From the human T2T-CHM13v2.0 reference genome, Homo sapiens, in the NCBI RefSeq assembly GCF_009914755.1, contig NC_060938.1: a stretch of DNA of 64,000 nt. One strand, given 5' to 3'. This document shows positions 58,501 to 64,000 of this stretch, in pieces. Each line of letters starts with the position of its first letter. Positions within the stretch are counted from its first letter, which is position 1. The notes beneath the pieces were generated by a model. The model saw only the letters and a list, made by a program, of their open reading frames with translations. It had not been told where the DNA came from and made no database searches. The translations under genes were made by a program, and so were the position numbers.

Positions 58501-61293
58501 GTCCCCCTCCAGCCGCGCACTGTCCAGCTTGGCTCCCGGGGCCTCGATGTCCACCTCCACGCTGGGCAGAGACACCTCCACATCAGGGGCTGTGACTTCC
58601 GCCTTGGGGCTTTTCAGGTCCAGCTTGGGGCCCTTGACGTCCACCTGGGGGCCCTTGAGGGCCACTTTGGGCATCTTGAAACTGGGCATCTCCACCTTGG
58701 GCAAGTGCCCTTTAAGGCCAGCTCCCTCGGGCAGGTGGCCCTCCGGGAGCTTCACATCCACCTGGTCAGCCTGGACCTTCAGGTCAGTAGAAGCAGGCTG
58801 AATGCTGAGGTCAGTGGTCTTCAGGTCCCCCTGCATGGAGGGGAGACTCAGGTCGGCCTCCACCTTGGGTGCAGACACATCCACCAAGGCCTTGATGGAC
58901 TTCCCTGGGGCCGATACCCCGAACGACGGCATCTTGAACTTGGGCATTTTGAACTTGCTGTCTTTGGCAGTCACGTCCTTGTCGGCCAGGGACAGGTCCC
59001 CCTCCAGCCACGCACCATCCAGCTTGGCCTTCTGGGCCTGGACATCCACCTCCATGCTGGGCAGAGACACCTCGCCATCGGGGGCTGTCACTTCCGCCTT
59101 GGGGCCTTTCAGGTCCAGCTTGGGGCCCTTAACATCTATCTGGGGGCCCTTGAGGTCCACTTTGGGCATCTTGAAACTGGGCATCTCCACTTTGGGCAGG
59201 TGCACTTTGGGGCCGGCTCCCTCGGGCACAGGGCCCTCCGGAAGTTTCACATCCACTTGGCCAGCCTGGACCTCCAGGTCAGCGGAAGGGGGCTGAATGC
59301 TGAGGTCAGTGGCCTTGAGGTCCCCCTGCATGGAGGAGAGGCTCACGTCGGCCTCCACCTTCGGCGCAGACACATCCACCGAGTCCTCCATGGACTTGCC
59401 TGGGGCCGACACCCCGAATGATGGCATCTTGAACTTGGGCATTTTGAACTTGCTGTCTTTGGCAGTCACCTCCTTGTCGGCCAGGGACAGGTCCCCCTCC
59501 AGCCGCGCACCATCCAGCTTTGCTCTCGGGGCCTGGACGTCCACCTCCATGCTGGACAGAGACATCTTCACATCGGGGGCTGTCACTTCCGCCTTGGGGC
59601 CTTTCAGGTCCAGCTTGGGGCCCTTGAGGTCCACTTTGGGCATCTTCAAACTGGGCCTCTGCACCTTGGGCAGGTGCCCTTTGAGGCTGGCTCCCTCGGG
59701 CAGGGGGCCCTCCGGAAGTTTCACATCCACTTGGCCATCCTGGACCTCCAGGTCAGCGGAAGGGGTCTGGACGCTGAGGTCAGTGGTCTTGAGGTCCCCC
59801 TGCATGGAGAGGAGGCTCACGTCGGCCTCCACCTTCGGCGCAGACACATCCACCGAGGCCTCCATGGACTTGCCTGGGGCTGACGCCCCGAACAATGGCA
59901 TCTTGAACTTGGGCATTTTGAACTTGCTGTCTTTGGTGGCCACTTCCTTTTCTGTCAGAATTTGTTCCTTTTTTAAGCGTTTTTCATCGTGTATTAGTTG
60001 TATTTTTGTTGTGTTTGTCATTGAGTCACTGTCTTCTTTGTCTTTTAATCCTTCCTCTGTGCGTCTCTGTTCTCTTCTATCAGCTGTTGCTGTGGCCTCT
60101 CCTTCCCTTCCCTGCTCTGTGTCTTCTGTGGCTTTTTCTCTGCCTGTCTTTGTGTGCTTGCTTGGCGACCATCCTAAGGAGGGTATCTTGAACTTGGGCA
60201 TTCTTATCTGTCCTTCTGTGTCTTCCCTGCCCTTGTCCTGTTCCTCAGTGATCCTTGTCCTCTGTAGTCCTTCCTCTCCATCTCCTTCATCCCCCTGTGC
60301 TTCTGCATGTGTGGTTGGTTCCCTGCCCGGCATCCACCCGGCTCCTTCCACCTCCTCACCCTTCAGGCCAGTACCCGCTTTTGAGGACGCATCCTGTCTC
60401 TTCCCTCGCTGTGGGGTACTAAGGCGCCTTTCTCTTTCTGGCTCTTTTTCTGTGGAAAATGCAAATTTTGGTGTCTTTAAATCGTGTACTCGCACCCTAA
60501 TTTCTGGTGGGCCAATCTGTGTGCCTCCTTCGGTTGTGTCTCTCAAGGACAGTCTGGCGATCCCGATTTCCAGGCTCTGCAGTCCCTCGCCTTCACCCTC
60601 CCGGCTCATTCCAGGAGTTGGCTGGGCCCTGGGCTTCCTCTGGGCCACTGCTGTCTCCTGTGCCTGCCCCTCCAGGGTCTTTCCATGGAGCCTGGCTGCC
60701 CTGAGTCCCCCTTCCTGAGGGGTTCCCTCGCAAAGTCTAGGGTCACCGAGCTCTGTGGGCAATGGCATGCTCTGAGCAGGCATCACTTCTCGATCCTGTT
60801 CTGCCCTCTCCTCTCTCCTGCTGCCTGTGGCAGCCCCAGTCTCCTCGAGGCTATCACCCCAGGGCCCCAACTCTTCCAGGACCCCAGCACGGCCCACCCC
60901 ACTCTGGAACCCCCTGCCTGGCTGTCCTGTCGATGAAGGGCCCTGTCCCGAGCCTGTCCTGAATCTGAGGTTGAGGAACTTCCGCCTCCTCTGGCTGCCC
61001 GGCCCTGCCTTCTGCTCTTGGCGCTCCACCGTGAGCTGGGCCTCTGTGTCTGTGCTTGTAGGGGACACGTCATGTGCGTCCCTGGGTTCGTAGGCCTCTG
61101 ACGAGCTGTGTGACCTCTGGGGTCCCGGCCCCCGCTTGCTCTTTATGGATTGAAATTTTGGCCAAGAGAGCCTCTCCCTCTGGCTCTGCCTGCCTCTCCC
61201 CACCCTGGGTTTGGAGATGAGTCTCTCTTGGTCCCCATCTCCTTCCAGAGTTTTCGTGGGGGTCTCTCTGCACCCATCAGCAACATCCGTGTC
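46537..61293 (-). CDS. AHNAK2: AHNAK2 giant terminal exon, coding part 14757 nt (4918 aa plus stop)
   Basis: Acceptor tttcag|GAC at 61293; uninterrupted ORF to ...GLGPNEG*. Confidence 0.97.
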   Translation of the reverse strand, partial: DTDVADGCRETPTKTLEGDGDQERLISKPRVGRGRQSQRERLSWPKFQSIKSKRGPGPQRSHSSSEAYEPRDAHDVSPTSTDTEAQLTVERQEQKAGPGSQRRRKFLNLRFRTGSGQGPSSTGQPGRGFQSGVGRAGVLEELGPWGDSLEETGAATGSRREERAEQDREVMPAQSMPLPTELGDPRLCEGTPQEGGLRAARLHGKTLEGQAQETAVAQRKPRAQPTPGMSREGEGEGLQSLEIGIARLSLRDTTEGGTQIGPPEIRVRVHDLKTPKFAFSTEKEPERERRLSTPQRGKRQDASSKAGTGLKGEEVEGAGWMPGREPTTHAEAQGDEGDGEEGLQRTRITEEQDKGREDTEGQIRMPKFKIPSLGWSPSKHTKTGREKATEDTEQGREGEATATADRREQRRTEEGLKDKEDSDSMTNTTKIQLIHDEKRLKKEQILTEKEVATKDSKFKMPKFKMPLFGASAPGKSMEASVDVSAPKVEADVSLLSMQGDLKTTDLSVQTPSADLEVQDGQVDVKLPEGPLPEGASLKGHLPKVQRPSLKMPKVDLKGPKLDLKGPKAEVTAPDVKMSLSSMEVDVQAPRAKLDGARLEGDLSLADKEVTAKDSKFKMPKFKMPSFGVSAPGKSMEDSVDVSAPKVEADVSLSSMQGDLKATDLSIQPPSADLEVQAGQVDVKLPEGPVPEGAGPKVHLPKVEMPSFKMPKVDLKGPQIDVKGPKLDLKGPKAEVTAPDGEVSLPSMEVDVQAQKAKLDGAWLEGDLSLADKDVTAKDSKFKMPKFKMPSFGVSAPGKSIKALVDVSAPKVEADLSLPSMQGDLKTTDLSIQPASTDLKVQADQVDVKLPEGHLPEGAGLKGHLPKVEMPSFKMPKVALKGPQVDVKGPKLDLKSPKAEVTAPDVEVSLPSVEVDIEAPGAKLDSARLEGDLSLADKDVTAKDSRFKMPKFKMPSFGVSAPGKSIEASVDVSAPKVEADVSLPSMQGDLKATDLSIQPPSADLEVQAGQVDVKLLEGPVSEGAGLKGHLPKVQMPSFKMPKVDLKGPQIDVKGPKLDLKGPKAEVTAPDVKMSLSSMEVDVQAPRAKLDGAQLEGDLSLADKAVTAKDSKFKMPKFKMPSFGVSAPGKSIEASVDVSEPKVEADVSLPSMQGDLKTTDLSIQSPSADLEVQAGQVNVKLPEGPLPEGAGFKGHLPKVQMPSLKMPKVALKGPQMDVKGPKLDLKGPKAEVMAPDVEVSLPSVEVDVEAPGAKLDSVRLEGDLSLADKDVTAKDSKFKMPKFKMPSFGVSAPGKSIEASVDVSAPKVEADVSLPSMQGDLKTTDLCIPLPSADLVVQAGQVDMKLPEGQVPEGAGLKGHLPKVDMPSFKMPKVDLKGPQTDVKGAKLDLKGPKAEVTAPDVEVSLPSMEVDVQAQKAKLDGARLEGDLSLADKDMTAKDSKFKMPKFKMPSFGVSAPGRSIEASVDVSPPKVEADVSLPSMQGDLKTTDLSIQPLSADVKVQAGQVDVKLLEGPVPEEVGLKGHLPKLQMPSFKVPKVDLKGPEIDIKGPKLDLKDPKVEVTAPDVEVSLPSVEVDVKAPGAKLDGARLEGDMSLADKDVTAKDSKFKMPKFKMLSFGVSAPGKSIEASADVSALKVEADVSLPSMQGDLKTTDLSVQPPSADLEVQAGQVDVKLSEGPVPEGAGLKGHLPKLQMPSFKMPKVDLKGPQIDVKGPKLDLKGPKTDVMAPDVEVSQPSVEVDVEAPGAKLDGAWLEGDLSVADKDVTTKDSRFKIPKFKMPSFGVSAPGKSIAASVDVSAPKVEADVSLSSMQGDLKATDLSIQPPSADLEVQAGQVDVKLPEGPVPEGAGLKGHLPKVQMPSFKMPEMDLKGPQLDVKGPKLDLKGPKAEVTAPDVEMSLSSMEVDVQAPRAKLDGARLEGDLSLADKGVTAKDSKFKMPKFKMPSFRVSAPGESIEALVDVSELKVEADMSLPSMQGDLKTTDISIQPPSAQLEVQAGQVDVKLPEGHVPEGAGLKGHLPKLQMPSFKMPEVDLKGPQIDVKGPNVDLKGPKAEVTAPDVKMSLSSMEVDVQAPRAKLDGARLEGDLSLADKGMTAKDSKFKMPKFKMPSFGVSAPGKSIEASVDVSELKVEADGSFPSMQGDLKTTDISIQPPSAQLEVQAGQVDVKLPEGHVPEGAGLKGHLPKVQMPSFKMPKVDLKGPQIDVKGPKLDLKGPKAEVTAPDVEVSLPSVEVDVEAPRAKLDGARLEGDLSLADKDVTAKDSKFKMPKFKMPSFGVSAPGKSIEVSVDVSAPKVEAEVSLPSMQGDLKTTDISIEPPSAQLEVQAGQVDLKLPEGHVPEGAGLKGHLPKLQMPSFKMPKVDHKGPQIDIKGPKLDLKGPKTDVTAPDVEVSQPGMEVDVEAPGAKLDGARLEGDLSLADKDVTAKDSKFKMPKFKMPSYRASAPGKSIQASVDVSALKAEADVSLPSMQGDLKTTDLSIQLPSADLEVQAGQVDVKLPEGHVPEGAGLKGHLPKVEMPSFKMPKVDLKSPQVDIKGPKLDLKVPKAEVTVPDVEVSLPSVEVDVQAPRAKLDGARLEGDLSLAEKDVTAKDSKFKMPKFKMPSFGVSAPGRSIEASLDVSAPKVEADVSLSSMQGDLKATDLSIQPPSADLEVQAVQVDVELLEGPVPEGAGLKGHLPKVEMPSLKTPKVDLKGPQIDVKGPKLDLKGPKAEVRVPDVEVSLPSVEVDVQAPKAKLDAGRLEGDLSLADKDVTAKDSKFKMPKFKMPSFRVSAPEKSMEASVDVSAPKVEADVSLPSMQGDLKTTDLSIQPPSADLKVQAGQMDVKLPEGQVPEGAGLKEHLPKVEMPSLKMPKVDLKGPQVDIKGPKLDLKVSKAEVTAPDVEVSLPSVEVDVQAPRAKLDSAQLEGDLSLANKDVTAKDSKFKMPKFKMPSFGVSAPGKSIEASVHVSAPKVEADVSLPSMQGDLKTTDLSIQPHSADLTVQARQVDVKLLEGHVPEEAGLKGHLPKVQMPSFKMPKVDLKGPEIDIKGPKLDLKDPKVEVTAPDVEVSLPSVEVDVEAPGAKLDGARLEGDLSLADKDVTAKDSKFKMPKFKMPSFGVSAPGKSMEASVDVTAPKVEADVSLPSMQGDLKATDLSVQPPSADLEVQAGQVDVKLPEGPVPEGASLKGHLPKVQMPSFKMPKVDLKGPQIDVKGPKLDLKGPKAEVTAPDVKMSLSSMEVDVQAPRAKLDGVQLEGDLSLADKDVTAKDSKFKMPKFKMPSFGVSAPGKSMEASVDVSELKAKADVSLPSMQGDLKTTDLSIQSPSADLEVQAGQVDVKLPEGPLPKGAGLKGHLPKVQMPCLKMPKVALKGPQVDVKGPKLDLKGPKADVMTPVVEVSLPSMEVDVEAPGAKLDSARLEGDLSLADKDMTAKDSKFKMPKFKMPSFGVSAPGKSIEASVDVSAPKVEADVSLPSMQGDLKTTHLSIQPPSADLEVQAGQEDVKLPEGPVHEGAGLKGHLPKLQMPSFKVPKVDLKGPQIDVNVPKLDLKGPKVEVTSPNLDVSLPSMEVDIQAPGAKLDSTRLEGDLSLADKDVTAKDSKFKMPKFKMPSFGMLSPGKSIEVSVDVSAPKMEADMSIPSMQGDLKTTDLRIQAPSADLEVQAGQVDLKLPEGHLPEVAGLKGHLPKVEMPSFKMPKVDLKGPQVDVKGPKLDLKGPKAEVMAPDVEVSLPSVETDVQAPGSMLDGARLEGDLSLAHEDVAGKDSKFQGPKLSTSGFEWSSKKVSMSSSEIEGNVTFHEKTSAFPIVESVVHEGDLHDPSRDGNLGLAVGEVGMDSKFKKLHFKVPKVSFSSTKTPKDSLVPGAKSSIGLSTIPLSSSECSSFELQQVSACSEPSMQMPKVGFAGFPSSRLDLTGPHFESSILSPCEDVTLTKYQVTVPRAALAPELALEIPSGSQADIPLPKTECSTDLQPPEGVPTSQAESHSGPLNSMIPVSLGQVSFPKFYKPKFVFSVPQMAVPEGDLHAAVGAPVMSPLSPGERVQCPLPSTQLPSPGTCVSQGPEELVASLQTSVVAPGEAPSEDADHEGKGSPLKMPKIKLPSFRWSPKKETGPKVDPECSVEDSKLSLVLDKDEVAPQSAIHMDLPPERDGEKGRSTKPGFAMPKLALPKMKASKSGVSLPQRDVDPSLSSATAGGSFQDTEKASSDGGRGGLGATASATGSEGVNLHRPQVHIPSLGFAKPDLRSSKAKVEVSQPEADLPLPKHDLSTEGDSRGCGLEDVPVSQPCGEGIAPTPEDPLQPSCRKPDAEVLTVESPEEEAMTKDSQESWFKMPKFRMPSLRRSFRDRGGAGKLEVAQTQAPAATGGEAAAKVKEFLVSGSNVEAAMSLQLPEADAEVTASESKSSTDILRCDLDSTGLKLHLSTAGMTGDELSTSEVRIHPSKGPLPFQMPGMRLPETQVLPGEIDETPLSKPGHDLASMEDKTEKWSSQPEGPLKLKASSTDMPSQISVVNVDQLWEDSVLTVKFPKLMVPRFSFAAPSSEDDVFIPTVREVQCPEANIDTALCKESPGLWGASILKAGAGVPGEQPVDLNLPLEAPPISKVRVHIQGAQVESQEVTIHSIVTPEFVDLSVPRTFSTQIVRESEIPTSEIQTPSYGFSLLKVKIPEPHTQARVYTTMTQHSRTQEGTEEAPIQATPGVDSISGDLQPDTGEPFEMISSSVNVLGQQTLTFEVPSGHQLADSCSDEEPAEILEFPPDDSQEATTPLADEGRAPKDKPESKKSGLLWFWLPNIGFSSSVDETGVDSKNDVQRSAPIQTQPEARPEAELPKKQEKAGWFRFPKLGFSSSPTKKSKSTEDGAELEEQKLQEETITFFDARESFSPEEKEEGELIGPVGTGLDSRVMVTSAARTELILPEQDRKADDESKGSGLGPNEG

Positions 61294-63984
61294 CTGAAAC
61301 ATAGGGAGAGGGAATCTGTTGGTGCCAGTCCAAGAAGCCTGGGGCCCTGGCCCAGGGACAGATGGAGTGGGAGTGCTATCCCCTCCCAGGCTCAGCCAGC
61401 TGGGGCCCTGCCCCCCGGGCATAGTGGTCTCACCTCCTTCTCCTTGCCCTGTGGGCCGTGCTGGGCATCGCTGGAAGCCCACTCTTCATCCTGTGGGGCA
61501 GGGAGCTGCCGTCTGATTTTGAACTGAACCTTGTACGGCTCTGAATATTGAAGGATTTTGAGAGCATCTTCATATTTTATGTTTTCAAAGAACACGGTTG
61601 TACTGAGCAGCTGATCCCCTAGACCAAGAAAGAGCAGCCCCAGGGCCGGGTGTGTGAATGAGACGGGGTCTGCTGTCTTGCCTTGGCTGGCGAGGAGGGT
61701 CCCGGGGACATGAATAGGGGGAATCCCACTGAGTCTGCCCCACCAGTCCCCCACTGAGTGCCTCAGGCACAGGCAAGGTGGATGGGGTCCCCCATTTTAC
61801 TAGATGCAGTGGGTGATCCCAGCCTCAAGCTGTTGAGCAGAGGCGTGAGGAGGTCATCCTAAGCTCCAGGTGTGGTTCTTACCCCTCAATACCCCCCTCC
61901 AGGTCCCTCCCATCCTGGTGGGGAGAATGGTGACCCCAGGGATGGAACTGCCATGGCACCTTCTCTCAAGTTAAAAAGCTTGGCGGCTGAGGAGTCCTTC
62001 AGCACTTGCTTGACGAAGATCCCCTGGTCCCCACCACCTGTGACACTGTAGCCACTGGCTCCTGCCTCCACCTCTGTCTTCAGCGTCACCTCTGTTGCCT
62101 CCTGGACAGCCTGGAGCAGAAGCACATCAGGGCCATGGTGAGCATGTGCCAGTCCCACCATAAGCATCCCTGCTGGGGCCTGTGTCTCCAGAGGATGGGC
62201 ACCCCACCATCCTTTCCATCAGCCCAGACAACACAGAGCAGAGTAGGGTACCCACCAGGTGGGCTCAGGTAGCTGTCTCTGAGCTCTGGAGGAAGCCAGC
62301 TGGAACCTGCCAGAACTCTTGTCCCCACCCCAACCTGCCAGGACTTAGGCACAGCCTGTCCATGCCATCAGGCCCAGCAGGGCACCAGGAGCAGCGCAGA
62401 ACGGATTCTGCTTTCCCTGTGGCCAGTTTCTCTTTTTCAGCTCCTTCATGCATCTTCACAAACGCGTGAAGCACCAGTTGTGTGCAAGGCACCTGATGCT
62501 CAAGACAAGGAAGCACAGCAATGCCAAGGAAAATACGGGACATTGGGTGCAGCCTGCGAGACCTGGGACAGGATGGGGCCTGTGTCCTGCAGAGCTCTTG
62601 GACTGCTGGGGCCTCCAAGGAAAAAAACTAGTTGCTTAAGAGGCAGAGTGCCCTCATCATTGGGTGCTAGCAGAGTCTAGCACCTTCCATAGTTCCATGG
62701 CCTGGGTGCTGACTGGCCCTTTCAGCCCCACAGCTTGAATATGCAACAGACACCAGCACTGCCCCATTGCACGGAGGAGAAAATCGAGGTCTGTACAGCC
62801 AGGTCTACCTGGCCAGGAGCTTGGCTATGCATCAGACTCCACCCCAGGGAGGGGTGGAGAGGGCCAGGACCAGATGTAGCCTTCTGGAGCCCCTGCCCTT
62901 CCCCAGGCCTGACAAGGGGGACAAGAACACCCCTCCTCCCCAGGGCACGGGGCACACTGCCAGCCTCTTTGCTCCTCCCCTGCCTGCTCTGACCTCGGAC
63001 TCTCTGGCTGGATCCCTTGAGGACCGACACACCTCTGTGACCCTCAGCTCCTGCTGTACCCACCTCTGGACGACTCATCCTGAAAAATGTCCGTGAGTCC
63101 CCTGAATCTCGCTTCCACCAGGATCTCCGTCTCCCAGCAGAACCTTGCCTGCCGGGGGCGTCTTCCTGCAGCCACAAGTGTTGGGAGTTAGGCACCTGCC
63201 CCAGCTCAGGGACAGGGAGGGGCACAGGTAGGCTGGTGCCAGACCAGGAGCCCTCCCTTCAGAGGGGCCCAGAACTTCCAACACACAGCTGTGTGCAGAG
63301 GCAGCCGAGTTCCTCCAGGCACATCCACAGAGAAAAGGCAACTCTCGGCCTTCCTGCTTCCCGACGGGGCCCAGCCTACAGCCCACAGCACCCACCCTAC
63401 AGCCCACAGCGCCCATAGGGAAGCCCCACAGCAACTGGAGTTTTGTATGGAGGGAGATAAGAAATTCAAATTGTACAAAAATGAATCCTTTCATAGACAT
63501 GCCTCCTCTGATCCCTTCCCCGAGTCCTTGTCTCCAGAGGTAGCCATGGGGCCCTGTCCCCAAAGACAGCATGAGTGTGTTACACAGGTGCAGGGATGCA
63601 CACACCCTGTGCCCCTGAAACACAAACACAGTAACATGAGGCCTGTCCCCATCAGCCCATACGCATGCTCACAAGAGCTGCAGGGCACCTCCATCCCACT
63701 GTGCCCTGGCCGGCCACAGGGAGGGACCCAAGGGCACAGAGGAGTCTGAGAGGACATCTGAGTGGGCACTGCCCAGTGGGCAGCGGGGCAGGGCAGCAAG
63801 GTTGAACAGACATGCGTGAGTTGCCCACACAGGGCGATGCAGGAGGAGACCTGGGTGCCTGTGGGGCTCTGCCCAGCAGGCTCACCTGGAGTCCAAAGTC
63901 GGCAGCCTCAGTCGTGTATTCGTAGACAGGTGAAGACCCCTGCGGCCGTGGTCGAATGCCCTCATCCGCAGGCCCTTCAGTCAC
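46537..63984 (-). CDS. AHNAK2: AHNAK2 (giant PDZ-like scaffold), exons 3-7; 5' exons lie outside the window
   Basis: Exons 63886-63984, 63064-63165, 61960-62110, 61434-61618 and 46537-61293 join in phase with GT-AG ends; PDZ-like segment [28 protein letters not shown]; 165-aa repeats. Exon numbering is from recalled annotation. Confidence 0.96.
50056..59934 (-). repeat. AHNAK2: AHNAK2 coding tandem array, 20 units (1 x 474 bp + 19 x 495 bp)
   Basis: KDS(K/R)FK(M/I)PKFK starts at 59934 and 59460, then every 495 bp down to 50550; the array ends at KDSKFQGPK (50055). Confidence 0.96.
61434..61618 (-). CDS. AHNAK2: AHNAK2 exon 6
   Basis: gtctag|GG ... GAG|gtgaga; encodes [37 protein letters not shown]...KEKE. 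Confidence 0.93.
61960..62110 (-). CDS. AHNAK2: AHNAK2 exon 5
   Basis: ctccag|GCT ... G|gtgcca; encodes [23 protein letters not shown]...NLRE. Confidence 0.93.
63064..63165 (-). CDS. AHNAK2: AHNAK2 exon 4
   Basis: ctgcag|GAA ... GAG|gtgggt; encodes [22 protein letters not shown]...SRPE. Confidence 0.92.
63886..63984 (-). CDS. AHNAK2: AHNAK2 exon 3
   Basis: cgtcag|GTG ... CAG|gtgagc; encodes [33 protein letters not shown]. Confidence 0.92.
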
Positions 63985-64000
63985 CTGACGGGAGAGAATC

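Noticed and set aside
50038-60718. Series of 164/329/403-aa plus-strand ORFs with a 495-bp period
   Set aside because: Antisense shadows of the AHNAK2 repeat; their stops and starts recur once per unit.
61294-61482. First 63 aa of the 4981-aa ORF
   Set aside because: Derived from the 140-nt intron and an off-frame part of exon 6; the real exon starts at the acceptor at 61293.

Overview
This is human genomic DNA that I recognise as the CEP170B - PLD4 - AHNAK2 locus on chr14q32.33. On the + strand it holds the last six coding exons and 3'UTR of CEP170B (poly(A) signal 4615-4620). A ~28 kb intergenic stretch follows, dense in Alu, L1, LTR and Tigger elements, with a 43 x 43-bp minisatellite at 13079-14937. 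The complete PLD4 gene comes next (non-coding exon 1, then 10 coding exons summing to 1521 nt = 506 aa), followed by a CpG island and a G-rich minisatellite. On the - strand lie AHNAK2 exons 3-7, including a giant last exon with 14.8 kb of CDS. The clearest sequence-level finding is that this AHNAK2 allele has 20 repeat units. That predicts 5135 aa, exactly 4 x 165 aa shorter than the 5795-aa reference length I recall. Other leads: a FFAT (VAP-binding) motif near the AHNAK2 C-terminus; an E-box/TGGGAA motif array in the minisatellite upstream of PLD4; a PLD4 3' end with no nearby canonical poly(A) signal, followed by a CTCF motif and a G-quadruplex-type repeat; and an inverted Alu pair with homogenised right arms. 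I found no evidence of a wholly new gene system. Repeat subfamily names and repeat boundaries are by eye and approximate, and all regulatory roles are hypotheses.
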